From NCBI RefSeq assembly GCF_001194135.2, contig NC_068983.1:53466280-53530279 (forward strand): a stretch of 64,000 bases of DNA, written 5' to 3'. Positions 41,632-54,030 of the stretch are shown here, piece by piece (position 1 is the stretch's first letter; each line of letters begins with the position of its first letter). The notes under the pieces were generated by a model. The model made no database searches and was not told where the DNA came from. It saw nothing but the letters and a program-made list of their open reading frames with translations. The position numbers were made by a program, and so were the translations under genes. The DNA is from Octopus bimaculoides. Its lineage: Eukaryota.

Positions 41632-41699
<68 letters not shown>

Positions 41700-43187
41700 C
41701 AGCTTAGGTGGCAATTGCAAGAATAACCGTGTAGCTTTTATGATGCTTTCAGTAATTGTTTCAAGTGTCAATGTAGTGGTAAGAATACATAGTCAGCCTC
41801 TTGATGCACTCAAACTTTGGCCTGTTCAAACACTGAGGATGGTCTGCACTAACAGTTAGCTGATACTCATTTTCAGCTATGTACACTGGAACAATGTAAA
41901 ATGATGTGACATGCACAGGGGCAGAAATTGAACCCAGTACATTATGGTCATGAACCCGAATCTCTAACTACTAGGCCATTTACATTCATATTTGTGTGTG
42001 TGTGTTGGTGTACACACACACATAGAGTAATAACCACGAACTGAATGTATAATTTGGATATTACTACATGCATATCAGTATCAAATTTACACACATGATT
42101 AAGTATTTACATATATATGTGTGAGTGTATGCGCATATGTGTATGTATGTATATGTGTTTGTGTGTGTGTGTGTGTGTGCATGTATAAACAAAATGGGAA
42201 AGTACTCAATATTGAAATTAAAGTTGTATAATGTATAGGAAGCAGAAATTTCATAAATATTTATAACATCTTCTGAATATTGGCAATGATAATAAAGATT
42301 TACCAAGTTTCAACTTCCAATAATTATATTCACATAACCCATGAAAAAATTTAATTTTAAGCTAAGGAGTATATATATACTTGTCTCCCCCCCCCCACAC
42401 ACACACACGCACGTGTGTGTGTTTATGTGTAGATGTGTATTATTGGAAATTAAGCAGTATTGGAGTGTTTGCAAGCATGAACAGACTCATACTTCTGTTT
42501 AATTCTATCAGTGAAGAATTCGTGATGACACAGACATGAGAACATCAGTAAATGTGATCCTAAAGTGTTCAGGGAAGGGACCATCATGATGACATGGAGG
42601 AACTGACTGGCACCCAAGGCATCACCAGTAAACATTAGAACAGCTAAAATACAAGGCCCTTCTTGGTTGTGTAGCCCAGTGCAAAACCAGACATGAGTAT
42701 GCGTTTATGACTTTATATGACACAGCCTATAGGAAAGAAAGAGAGGCACTGGTGCAAGCAGATAGAGCATTGGCACTGCAAGCAAACAGTGGCCTGATGA
42801 AATGGAAACAGTTACTGAATGGGGTGTTCCCTAATAGGACATTTGGAAGTGGAAGCTAATATATTACTGGTACTTAGGTGCTGGCTTGGCTGTGTGGTTA
42901 AGGATTTCAGATTTCAACCCACTGCATAGCAACATGGGCTGTATTGGGCTGAAGGGTGCAACAGCAGGCTCAGTTTCTGTTTTGTTCTGTCAGAGAAGAA
43001 TTCATGATGATACAGGCATAAGTTTACCTGTTAAAGTGACACCAAAGTGCTCAGTGCTGGGACTACCACAGGGTAACCCCTAAACGTAAAATATCTTCTA
43101 CACTATTCTTGAGTCATCCAAAGCACTCTGTTTGAGACTTGCTTCACAGAAACTAAACAGGAACCATTGTACATGTGTGTGAATATG

Positions 43188-43599
43188 CAGGGCCAGATTA
43201 AGACCCATAGGGGCCCTAAGCACTTTAAAGGTTTTGGTGCTCCCATATATATGTAATTAAAAATATAAACAATAAATTATAAACCATAAAATAATTTTTT
43301 ATTTTTCAAAATACAACAAAACTAACAGTAAGATGAAAAATAATGTTTGTTTTTGTATATTTTCACTTTATTTATATTTGAAATATTTTCTCCTGCTTTT
43401 GATCAGATCCTCAAAATTAATCTTACATCACATATTTGCTTCTATATATAGCAGAGATAAAGTGTCCCAAGTATTATTTTAACAACTTTAAGGTGATTTC
43501 TTTTGTGTCGTAAACCATTTACCAGTTCTGTGATGCCCCCACTTCACTTAATGCCCTAAGCTTGTGCTTATTCTGCTTAATGGTTAATCCAATGCTCTG
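43188..43599. mobile_element. hAT-like MITE (degenerate)
   Basis: Left end CAGGGCCAGATTAAG; degenerate right end TTAATCCAATGCTCTG; internal GGGCCC/GCCCTAAGC subterminal motifs; no clear 8 bp TSD. Confidence 0.45.
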
Positions 43600-44754
43600 T
43601 ATATGTGTGTGTGTAGGTATGTGTTTGAGTATTTCTCTGTCTTCATATTGTCCCATATGGCAAACACTGTGACAGTCAGTGTTTATTCTGTCATAAACAA
43701 TCTGTCCCATAGCTCATGATTTCATCATATGATAAGTAGAATAAAAAAAAAAGTCCTTACTTGAAAATCAAGGTCTGCAACAGGAAGGGCATCTGACCAT
43801 TGAGCACTAACTCTTATCTAAGCCACACCAGCTTAGGAAAAATAAAAACAGAAATAAAAATGGTTGTGATGATAAAGATAACTCCAGACAAGAAGGAAAG
43901 GAAAGTGAATCTCAGCAGTATTTGTATTGAGAATGTAAAGAATTGTAACGAAATACTGCAGGGTATTTTGTCTGGTTCTCTACCTTTTCTCATCTGCAAC
44001 ACCATTTTTCATTATGATTAATAAATAATAATTCTATGTCATATTGTTATTGCCTTTAATTGCTTCAAACGTTGTCTATACCTATTAATATTTATTAAAC
44101 AATGATATAAAGGAAATTACAGCTGGCTATGTCTATTGTATATCAACTAAAGTGTCAAGGATTCATATTCCATCTCCAGTGAAGAAATATGTCCTTGCTG
44201 GTTCTCAACCTTTTCTAGCTCAATACCCGCTTTGACCTAATGGGGCTTTACAAAAGCCCTTCACCATGTTTTACCCCCCACCCCAAAGTAGATTATTTAA
44301 TCTAAGTGAAATTAATTTTACATAATTGTTTATTACCCATATGTTCTTATCCGACCACATCTAACATGTGCTATGTTTTAGATATTTGTGTGAACTAGCG
44401 CCACCTATAACAAATCTTAATGAAATTTTACTAAAGGTGTTGAAGGCTTATCCAACAAAATTATATTGGATCTTGGTGTATCAGTCACATTTTTGCTCAA
44501 TGTTCTACTCCTGTTTTAATCCCAACAAAGAGTTTTTGAAAATGTATTTAGAATATGAGCATTATATGGTTTAAATATTTTATTTCTGAAACAAAAATTA
44601 CAGCCCTTTTAAACACTCTGTTCCCTCTATATCACCCCTTAACATTTTCCCCTTCTTATCAGCTCATAATTACATCCAAAGGAGTGCTACAGCCCAAATT
44701 AAAAATCACCAAACTAGATGTGAGCAGATATTATGTCAAGAACACTCACTGACA

Positions 44755-44975
44755 GTAAGCCCCATGCCACTTAGGAAAGCACTCACGCCAGTGCCATGTA
44801 AAAAGCACCCAGTACTCTCTGTTAAGTGGTTGGCATTAGGAAGGACATCCTGCCTTAGAAACTATGCCAAAACAGACAATGGGGCCTGGGTAATTCTTCA
44901 GCTGGCCAACTCCTGCCAAACCATCCAACCCATGCCAGCATAGAGAACAGTTGATGGTGATGGCAATGATGATAT
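44755..44975 (+). mobile_element. Family B element copy (3' part)
   Basis: GTGCCATGTAAAAAGCACCC...GGTTGGCATTAGGAAGGACATCC...CCAACCCATGCCAGCAT. Confidence 0.72.
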
Positions 44976-45494
44976 ATGGAGTAGGTTAATTAGCAATCTC
45001 TCTTTTATCCCTTGTTAAATCACTATTAAACATTAACTCGTTAATTCTCTATTTCTTGATTAGTCCTGCTTGAACAAAACTAAGGTCTTTGGTCAAATAT
45101 TTTGGTGTGATCAACAGACCCAACAGTTGAGAGATTCCATGTTTTTGTCTTGTTTAGGACAACACTGCACACACTAACATTCAGTATTTGAATATGCCAA
45201 GTATTGTGTTTGGGGCATTTGCTTCTCGGCACAGTATGATCCAGTGTATCTGCAAGATTTTTAGGGAGGCCATAGCAGAAGCAGGCAAGCTGGAAATGCA
45301 CAGCGTGTTCCAAATGACTGGCATATAGGTACCAATGTAATGAATGCTAATTCAACATCCTAATAATAACAACTAAATTTCCTTTCAGTTACTTATTAAC
45401 ATCTCTAAAAGAGAACAAATGCTTTATGGGAATAAATTTTGGAGTTTTAACAGCTACTGTATGTGTTAGAGGATGTTACCAGAGACAGAATTTA

Positions 45495-45695
45495 TCCTTT
45501 TAGCATTAAAACCAGCCATTTTCTGGTCCTAATATTCTACTGGTTTTACATTCAAACGAGCCATGTCCTGCCTCTTATTCTAAAAATAAACAATCACATC
45601 ATCAAAATCTCGAAGCTTTGAGATAATGCATGGTTAATTCAAAACAATGAATAAATAAGCATTACATTTGACAGAATAATATGAATGCTAAAGAG
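45495..45695. mobile_element. piggyBac-type MITE just upstream of exon D
   Basis: Right end TGAATGCTAAAGAG-TTAA (TTAA at 45696-45699); degenerate left end TTTA-TCCTTTTAGCATTAAA. Confidence 0.55.
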
Positions 45696-45753
45696 TTAAA
45701 CAGTTTATTGTGTTTGCTCCTAAACAATTATTTTTATCATTAATATTTTTCAG

Positions 45754-46052
45754 TCAGCTAGTACAATACATCAATGAAACCAAATTTGATGGTGTATCTG
45801 GCCACATAAGTTTCCAAGGAGGTGAACGCATAGGTACAATTAACATTCTACAATATTTTCACAACGAAACCCGTCTCATTGGTCAATATATCCCAACTAT
45901 CCATAATAATCCTCGCATAAACATCCGTGGTAGTACACCTCCAGTAGCTTCAGGAAATGAAGAAATAGATAACGGAATTCTTCGGCTTTACAAGAGAAAG
46001 GTGCGCTGGCTCTCACCAAATGGGAAACCTCCTGCAGATGGTAGGCAAAATG
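45754..46052 (+). CDS. VKR: Venus kinase receptor, internal exon D (end of VFT): SQLVQYINETKFDGVSGHISFQGGERIG...RWLSPNGKPPADGRQN
   Basis: tttttcag|T...AATG|gttagt, 299 nt, phase 2-1 (alternative donor after 46040, G|gtaggc). Has the NxTxFxGVSGxxxF..G.R and W...G.PP.D motifs and two NET sequons; overlaps ORF 45710-46057. Confidence 0.9.
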
Positions 46053-46593
46053 GTTAGTTTTCATTTTCAACTATTCTTTATTATTATTATTATTGTTATT
46101 ATTATTATATGATCTTTAAATTCTTCCATTCTGTCAAGAAAGTGATTATAGAATCCTCATTTCTGATATTTAGATATGTGATGTTCCTGAACTAATGATG
46201 AAAAATTTTATTGGTCTATTGACTTCAATCTTTCTTCCTTTTTTTTCTTTTTTATTTAGTTTTGTTGTTGTTTGTTTTGTAAAATATGTCTGGTTTCAAT
46301 TCATCAAGCACAGTGTTATTGTACAACTTGTTTGCATCTGTAGTTAATGTTAATGCCGGAGCCCTCTGTGAAATGTATAGATTTGTCAGTTCAGTTTTAT
46401 CCCACTCACATATGTACATATAAATACATGTCACCTGATGACAGATTGAAATTAAAGATTTCCAAACATATTTTACAAAGAACAAAAAGAAAAAGAAAAC
46501 ATAAAAAAGATGAAACTAACTGTCAGAAGAACATTATCAACATTGCAAATATTAACTTGACCTAACAACTGAGGCATATAATTNNNNNNNNNN

Positions 46594-46629
<36 letters not shown>

Positions 46630-46631
<2 letters not shown>

Positions 46632-47300
46632 TAGACTACTCCTATTGAGCCAGGATATCATGATACTCATGCTAGAGGATGATTTATTTATAACTCAGCA
46701 TCACTTTAGTGACCGTGCAAATAACAATGGTTATCTTAAAATGAATCGATATACAATGTTTGTAAATACTATGTTCCGCTGAGTATACGGTATACCGAAT
46801 TAAGAGCTGATGATGAGTCTATGATTTATATATCTATCCCATTGCTGCCCTTTATTCATGGCAAATCATTGAACTATGGATAGAGCCATCCATCAACTTA
46901 TCTATAAATGGCTAACTTAAAATGCTTTGCGACTCATAAAGTAGAATGAGATCTTTAAATCAATGAGATTTTCATAAAAATATAGTACCAAGTTCATCCT
47001 CAAGTATAGGTAGGGGGTAGGCTCAGATAAGCTACTCCAGTGTATTTTTCTCGAGAGAGCACGGTATTGGAGAGATGACGTGTATATTAACCTAACTACC
47101 CACGACATCTTTGACGGAATATATCATGTTGATGAAGAGGAACAGTAACAATGACAGTAACAGTCGTTTGGACCAGAAAGTCTGATTAATTCTCTCGGGA
47201 AACATCGATAATAACTTTAACTCTATTAATTTGTCAGTGTATATATTAAATAGAGTGCAATTATTCCGAGATATATTTCAATATATGACGTTCTTGATGG
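46630..47300. repeat. Unclassified CpG-retaining insert next to (TA)n, possibly a Penelope-like terminal repeat
   Basis: Begins right after a (TA)n run and 10-N gap; more CpG and higher complexity than the flanks; no ORF. Confidence 0.3.
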
Positions 47301-48624
47301 TCATTTATTAATCTTTATATACACATGTGTGAGTATGTATGTATCTTGGGAGGGAGGGGGGAGAACCGTGTCCATGGATGTATTTGAAATTTTTGTGTGT
47401 GACTGTGAAGCTGGCAAGTCACTGTATCACTTTATTTTCTAAATGGATGTGACTTCTGAGACTACAATCATTTAAATTGATTACTTTTACTCCCCGTTAC
47501 TTGAAGTTTCTTCCTAGAGAGGCAATCATGAAAAAGATCTCATTCGTCCAAAACATATCCAGAGTTATCACTATGTCTCGCAAATGCCTCTTTATTTCAA
47601 TTAATCAGGACTCTTGTGCATCAACTCATTTTAACAATTTCCTGTTTGTTTTTTTAATTGTCAGTCTTGCCTTTGTTTGGCTTTCTTAAGCATTGTTCAA
47701 CAATATTTACCTCTTTCTTAATATTATTACCACCATCTCAGTTAATTAGTTACTGTACTTGCTACATTATCACTTAATTCAGTACATGTGATTTTTTTTT
47801 TTTTCCTAAGCTGTCAGCCTTGCCATTTTGGTGGGTTTCCTTAATCATTCTTCAAACGTATTTATCTCACGTTAATATCAGTATATTCCCAATTAATTAA
47901 AGTTATTGTATTTGTTACATTATCACTTGATTAAAATTCACACACACACACACACATATATAAACATGCCAATGTACATTTATATACGAACACACACTCC
48001 TGCATACATATATGTGTGCATGCATGCATGTATATATACCTGTTTGGGTGTGGGTTGTGTTATAAATGATAAGAGCATTGAGATTCTGTTTTAGAAATAC
48101 CATTTTATGCGTTTCTGATTCAATGTTTGGACATATACATATGCAAAAGTAGGGCTCTTTAAGAGACTAAATCAAATATAGTTTTGAAAACAGAGACAAA
48201 AATGATCAAGTTAAATAGTTCAGAGAATCCATACTGCTCTAATTATAACTTATATGATTTATATTTATGTAATATATTATGATATTTAACGACCATTTTG
48301 TTGCTGGGAGGTTTTTTTTTTGTCTTCCAAGTATCGACTCTGCTATCATAGGGAATTGCAAAATCTATGATCATACAATGTTTGTTTATTTTTCCCTCTA
48401 TAATCATGTCTGGTCTTCTTGTCTCAACAGTGTTACAGGGGTTACAGAGTATCTGAATGAATTATTGTGTCATCATCATAATGGGGGTGGATGGGAGAGC
48501 ACATCGATGAATACAATGAAGTGAGATAAGAGTTTGTGAGTTCCGTACATTGTATTAGAATCTTAGAATTAGTTTCCCTGGGGAGACCAAGTTTAGCTGT
48601 GTTAGATGAGTAGCCAAGCACAAC

Positions 48625-49100
48625 TCCCACTGCCTCCTCCTTTTCCTCTCTCCCTATTCCTCCAGCACAACCTCCTCTTCCACCCTTCCTCTTCTTCTTC
48701 CACCTCCACTCTTTCTCCTCCCCCCTCCAATTTCCCTCCTCTTCCACCTTCACCCTCTTCCTCCTCTCTTCACCTTTTGCTCCTCTAGTTCCCCTCCTCT
48801 ATTCCTCCTCTTCTCCACTATTCACCCTCTTCCACCTCTGCCTCCTCTCTTCTTTTCTGTCTCCCCTCTTCCACCTCCTCTGCTCCATTCTTCCTCTTCT
48901 GCTCCACTCTTCCTCTTTCACCTCCACTCTTCTTCCTCCTCTTCCCCCTCTCTCCCCCTTCTGCTCCTCTACTCCCCCTCCTCTATTCCCCCTTCTGCTC
49001 CACTATTCTCCCTCTTCCTCCTCTGCTCCACTTTTCCCCCAGCTGTCTCATCTCTTCCTCCTCCTCCACCGCCTCCACTCTTCCTCCTCCTCCTTATTCT
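48625..49100. repeat. ~480 bp polypyrimidine/polypurine tract (CCT/CTT-rich)
   Basis: Top strand is almost all C/T with recurring CTCCACTCTT and CCTCTTCC units. Confidence 0.92.
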
Positions 49101-49794
49101 TGCTGTTGCTGCAGATGCTTATCAATTCTGGACCAGCCCTGATCACACAGACTTATGAACAAAAGCATTTTAGACATGGTCTTCACATATTTCTTCAGTC
49201 ATTCTGTGCATAAGACTACATTATCTAGTGTGTTCCTCTCTTAAGATATTATTTTGAGGAAGATATAGCTGCTATTTCTACACCAGACCAAGTAACTACA
49301 TTAAGGGTCCCTCATTGACTCAATGGTATTTTTGAAACAGTATTTCAAGTGGTTAGAGAATTGAATTCTTATACAATAAGAGACATAAAATAAAAACAAC
49401 TAGTCAATATGGGGTATATTTACTGTGCCTGACATATTTGTTACAGAATACTTTGGTTGAGAAGTGATGGATTGGACAATTTGGAAGAATTAAAAGAATT
49501 CCACTTAACAAGAATCTCAGAACTATTTAGATGCAATTTATCAGAGTTAAGGACTTACAAACTATGCATTGTAAAACTATGCATTTCCTGTTTTCTTAGT
49601 TATGCATAATTGCCTTGATCTCTACTTCACAGAATATTGGTCTCTGTTTAAATGTTATTCATAGCAAACCTGAATCATATTGACGTGAATAATAAACTTA
49701 TTTGAACAAAAGCTTCATGTGGTAATTCAAAATCCACCAGAGAAATACTGCCCTCCTGATAGCATGAATTGAGAGAAACTGAGTGGCCGATGAC

Positions 49795-50180
49795 AGAACC
49801 CCCTGATTGGCACCCATGCCGGTGACACAAAATGCACCATTCTAGCGTGGTTGATGCCAGTGCTGCCTGACTGGTCCCGTGCCAGTGGCATGTAAAAAGC
49901 GCCACTCGAGCATGATCATTGCCAGTACCACCTGACTGGCTCCCAAGTTGGTGGCATGTAAAAAGTACCATTCAAGCATGGTTGTTGCCAGTACCACCTG
50001 GGTGGCACGTAAAAATCACCCACTACACTCTCGGAATGGTTGGCATTAGGAAGGGCATCCAGCTGTAGAAATTTTGCTAGATCAGATTGGAACCTGGTGC
50101 AGCCTTTTGGCTCACCAGCCCTCAATCAAACCATCCAACCCATGCCAGCATGGAAAGCAGATGGTAAACGACGACAATGA
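49795..50180 (+). mobile_element. Family B element copy
   Basis: Several GTGGCA(C/T)GTAAAAA units + RTE-like tail + (GAT)n. Confidence 0.8.
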
Positions 50181-51090
50181 TGATGATGAGTTATTATTTT
50201 TAGCAAGTCAAACAACCATGTAAGAGGCTGTCTTTTATTGGTTTAAAGTAAATATGGTTGTTGATATTGCCTAGCTCCAGATCACTCCTGATTAAACAGA
50301 ACAATGACGAAAGGCACTCCAGGCATGATTGACCCTTCTGTCATTGAACTACTTCTGAACTGCATTTATCCAATTCAACCATTTTGGATAAATGCAGTAG
50401 AATGAGATTTAAAGGAGATTTGGCTAGTATATCTAGTAGGTTGTGTGAGCATGTAAAAGCTTTCTTATTGAAAACCAAAGCCAGCTGACATACATTTGAG
50501 AAAATAGTCTTTGGTGGGACAAACAATGCTTTTCTCGCCCACAATGTCTATTTTACTCTCTTGCACTTTCTGTTTCATTCCTTCACAGAATTAATTATGT
50601 GAAAGGGAGAGTAAGAGGTAGTCTGAGGTATGAATTATTGGGTTGTCAGATAAATGTTTGTTTATTTGTTTGTTTCTGTTTGGCATTCCATCATCATGTG
50701 TCTGAAAATAAGGTAAAATTTATTCAGATTTCAAAAACAATAAACAAATGTTATAGAGGAAGATTAGATCTACAAAACAAAACCATAATTTTTTTTTAAA
50801 ATTTTAATTCAAATAACATTGAAAAGATTAAAATAAATGGAAAAAAAATATCATATCTATCTGACAAACCAATACTTAGTGATGTGATCTTTGAACGAGT
50901 AAGTGGCACTGTTTCAGTTGCATATATTGATATACTTATATTGTCTCAATTATAATAAGGACTATTTGGGAAAATGTATATTGTAGTCTTCCTTTAGAAT
51001 TGCTAATATATTGATTGCATTTGTCTTATCAGTGTTGAAACCACACAAATGGTTATTCTTTCTATCCTAAATTTCCATTTTTATTTCAAG

Positions 51091-51232
51091 AAAAAGTCAC
51101 TGAATGCCATATAGAGAAGTTTCGAGCTTTCTTGAATGTCAACTGTGAAATGGCTGTAATTCTTGCAAATGTCATGGCATTTGGTTTCTTTTCTATCATC
51201 ATATCCGTTGTTCTTATAATTATAAGACAAAG
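51091..51232 (+). CDS. VKR: Venus kinase receptor, internal exon E (stalk + single transmembrane helix): EKVTECHIEKFRAFLNVNCEMAVILANVMAFGFFSIIISVVLIIIRQ
   Basis: atttcaag|AA...AG|gtaagt, 142 nt, phase 1-2, matching the phases of both neighbours. About 25 hydrophobic residues (MAVILANVMAFGFFSIIISVVLIII) followed by basic residues. Missed by the ORF track. Confidence 0.88.
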
Positions 51233-52475
51233 GTAAGTCATTTTTGCATTGATAAATCACTACCTATCTATAACTTCTACATCTGTATTTATAAATTTTA
51301 TGTCTGTATGCACAAATAATGTCTGTGTGTATAAATTGTGTGTATGAAAGTTCAGATGTTTAATGGAATTATCTTGAAGAGTGATAATTACTGCTAATTA
51401 ATTAATTGCACCTGTGTAACTTTCCATCAAATAAATTCCTCTTGATTGACTGATTGGGAAACAAATAATCACTTTTTTTTTTTCAGTTTCTTTTTTGTTG
51501 TTTTTGTTTTTCTTTCATGTTATATTACAAACTTTTATGGGATATTCTACTTAGAACTATTATAAAACAATACTGTTTATTGAGATTTGATAAGTAAGAG
51601 TAATCAATTGTCCTTTTACTACTCAGAACAGTAATAGGATTGTTCAGGTATGTGACTGTTAGGAAAGAAGAAAGGTTTGGAGGCTGCAAGCAGAAACTGT
51701 AGGGAAGCTTAAGCCTTAGAGAATCAAATAGATAATGAGGAAACTCTAAATGAAAGATCTGTTTATGGTGTAAGGTTTTAGTTGTTTTTCACAAATTGGA
51801 AATAAGATTTTAACCAAATTTTCCAGAGCTGACAATTTATAACTGTTTTGATTTTATTTGTTTTGTTTTTTATTGCCTGAATATTTATTTATTACATTAA
51901 TACATTAGTCAATATCATTTTCTGAAAAAAAATCAATAGAAATGTGTATTGTCTCTAGTACTTATTAATAAAAATAAAATTGCTTAGACATGTTATGTGC
52001 TTGAATAATGAGAACTGAATGAATAACTGTGATGTGCCTGTATTGTAAGAGGAACAAACACAAAGCCAAGCAAAATTGGAAATTGTTAGAGCTGATCTAA
52101 AAGAATTGGTTTAATAACAGAAATGATGTGATAAAAGAAGGCAGAAAAAAAAATGTTCAGTTTGTATTTGTAAAGAAATAAATAAGAGTAAGCTAATAAT
52201 AGCATCAATAGAAGGGGTGTTTTGATGTTGATGTTATCAATGGTAGTTTTGTTCTCAGGAGAGATGTAAATGGTGACTGAAATCACAAAAATCTGTATTA
52301 CTTCACAGATTTCAAGAAACAAATTTACACAAGAAATAAACTTTCGTTTATCTTAACATTTAATTGAAATTCTCGTGTTAGTTTTAATTCATTAAATTGA
52401 TAAAGAAACCTAATACTATGTAAGAGGTTTTTTTTTTTTTCTAAATTTTTTTTTTTCTTATTTTCTTTTTCCCAG

Positions 52476-52719
52476 GTATTGCAGACGTAACAGAGGTTCG
52501 AACCAGAAAATGGAAGAACTCGGGTTATTATCTACTCGATTCTCCCGGTGCCTATCTCTTGATGGCTGGGAATTACCTCGAGATAATGTGGTATTAAACA
52601 GAAAACTAGGCGCAGGAGCATTTGGTACTGTGTTTGGAGGAGAGGCTTTCCTTGACGATCAAGGTTGGCAACCTGTGGCGGTAAAAACACTAAAAGTCGG
52701 ATCAACCATTGAACAAAAA
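52476..52719 (+). CDS. VKR: Venus kinase receptor, internal exon F (juxtamembrane + tyrosine kinase subdomains I-II)
   Basis: ttttcccag|G...AAA|gtaagt, 244 nt, phase 2-0. Encodes WELPRDNVVLNRKLGAGAFGTVFGGEA...VAVKTLK: Gly-rich loop and catalytic Lys of an insulin-receptor-like RTK; overlaps ORF 52510-52752. Confidence 0.95.
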
Positions 52720-52735
52720 GTAAGTCACAACTTAA

Positions 52736-53037
52736 CCCATTACCTCCCATAATTCTATTAACTGGAAATTTTTTTTATAAAAAATCATTTTTTATGATTT
52801 CTAGCATAAAACAGCCTTAGAAACACGCTGGAATGATCGAAATAACATTTCAAAATAACGTTTTAAATAGAAATAAGCGAGATATTGGGTGAAAAATTAG
52901 CAAACCTCATTTGAATATCAGAGAAATATACTTAGTAGATATAGCAAAAAGGGTTAGATATGTGTAAATATTAACAGATAATTACGAAATTTGTAATTTT
53001 TAAGTGATCTCATATGAGATCACTGGTAGGTAATGGG
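52736..53037. mobile_element. piggyBac-type MITE (302 bp) 12 nt downstream of the exon F donor motif
   Basis: TTAA(52732-35)-CCCATTACCTCCC ... GGTAGGTAATGGG-TTAA(53038-41): 12/13 TIR match and perfect TTAA TSD; internal 22 bp palindrome at 53003-53024. Confidence 0.85.
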
Positions 53038-53746
53038 TTAATGCAGAAATAGTTTATCACATATCATACATCTATTATGGTCTACTTTCTTGAAATAAGT
53101 TTGTCTTTGATTGAGGGTGTCTACACATAAGCACCTCATTTACAGAGTCGTTAATTCATAGCTTTTTTAATGATTACAGAATTATTTTTAATAACATTCT
53201 GGAAGTTCTTGCCTACAGATGTGTGAATCTGGTGGGAGATATTCGTGGTTGTATGTGAATGACACAAAAATTTATGACTGTAAACAAGATCACATTATTC
53301 TCCAAATAGGAGCCTATCATTGATACGGATAAAGAGAAGATTTATAGGGTGCAGATTCCAGGGTATTCACTTAATTCATGTCCTGATAGTACTATCTGCA
53401 AAATCTTCCTGTACAGAGATTTAGTTTTTAGGGGCTTTTCTTGGTTAGAAACTTCTTATACCAAGTATAAACTTTAACTTTGCTAATAACATGAGCAATA
53501 TCTTAGCTTTCTTCAAATTCTACTGACATTGATTTTTTTTTGTTCAGTGAAATAAATACCAGTTGAACACTGAGATCGATGTAACTGACTTACTCACTTC
53601 CCTCAAAATTGCTAGACTTGTTCCAAAATCTTAAATCAGTAATTGTAGTTAATCAATTGAGAAAATTTACTCAAGATAGTAAAGGAAATGTCTACTTAGA
53701 AACATCTCTCTTGAAAGTAACAGAACAAATATTCAAGGCATTCCAT

Positions 53747-54030
53747 TTGACTGAGGACTGGCAAACCAGATGGCTACACCAGGCTCCAATCTGATCTGGC
53801 AGAGTTTCTACAGCTGGATGTCCTTCCCAACGCCAACCACTCTGAGAGTGTAGTGGGTGCTTTTAAGTGTCACCGGCAAGAGGGCCAGCCAGGCGGTACT
53901 GGCAACGGCCATGTTCAAACTGTGCCAGATCAGATTGGAGCCTGGTGCAACCTTCTGGCTTGTCAGTTCTCAGTCAACTCATGCCACCATGGAAAGCAGA
54001 CATTAAACAACAATGGTGATGATGATGAAT
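53747..54030. mobile_element. Fold-back family B element (minus-oriented piece joined to plus-oriented piece)
   Basis: 53747-53801 is the reverse complement of 53923-53977 (49/55 identical). Confidence 0.85.

Noticed and set aside
46800-47200. CTGATGA and TTGATGA motifs with downstream GAAA/TAAA as possible hammerheads
   Set aside because: No consistent stem I/III could be built and the GAAA placement is non-canonical.
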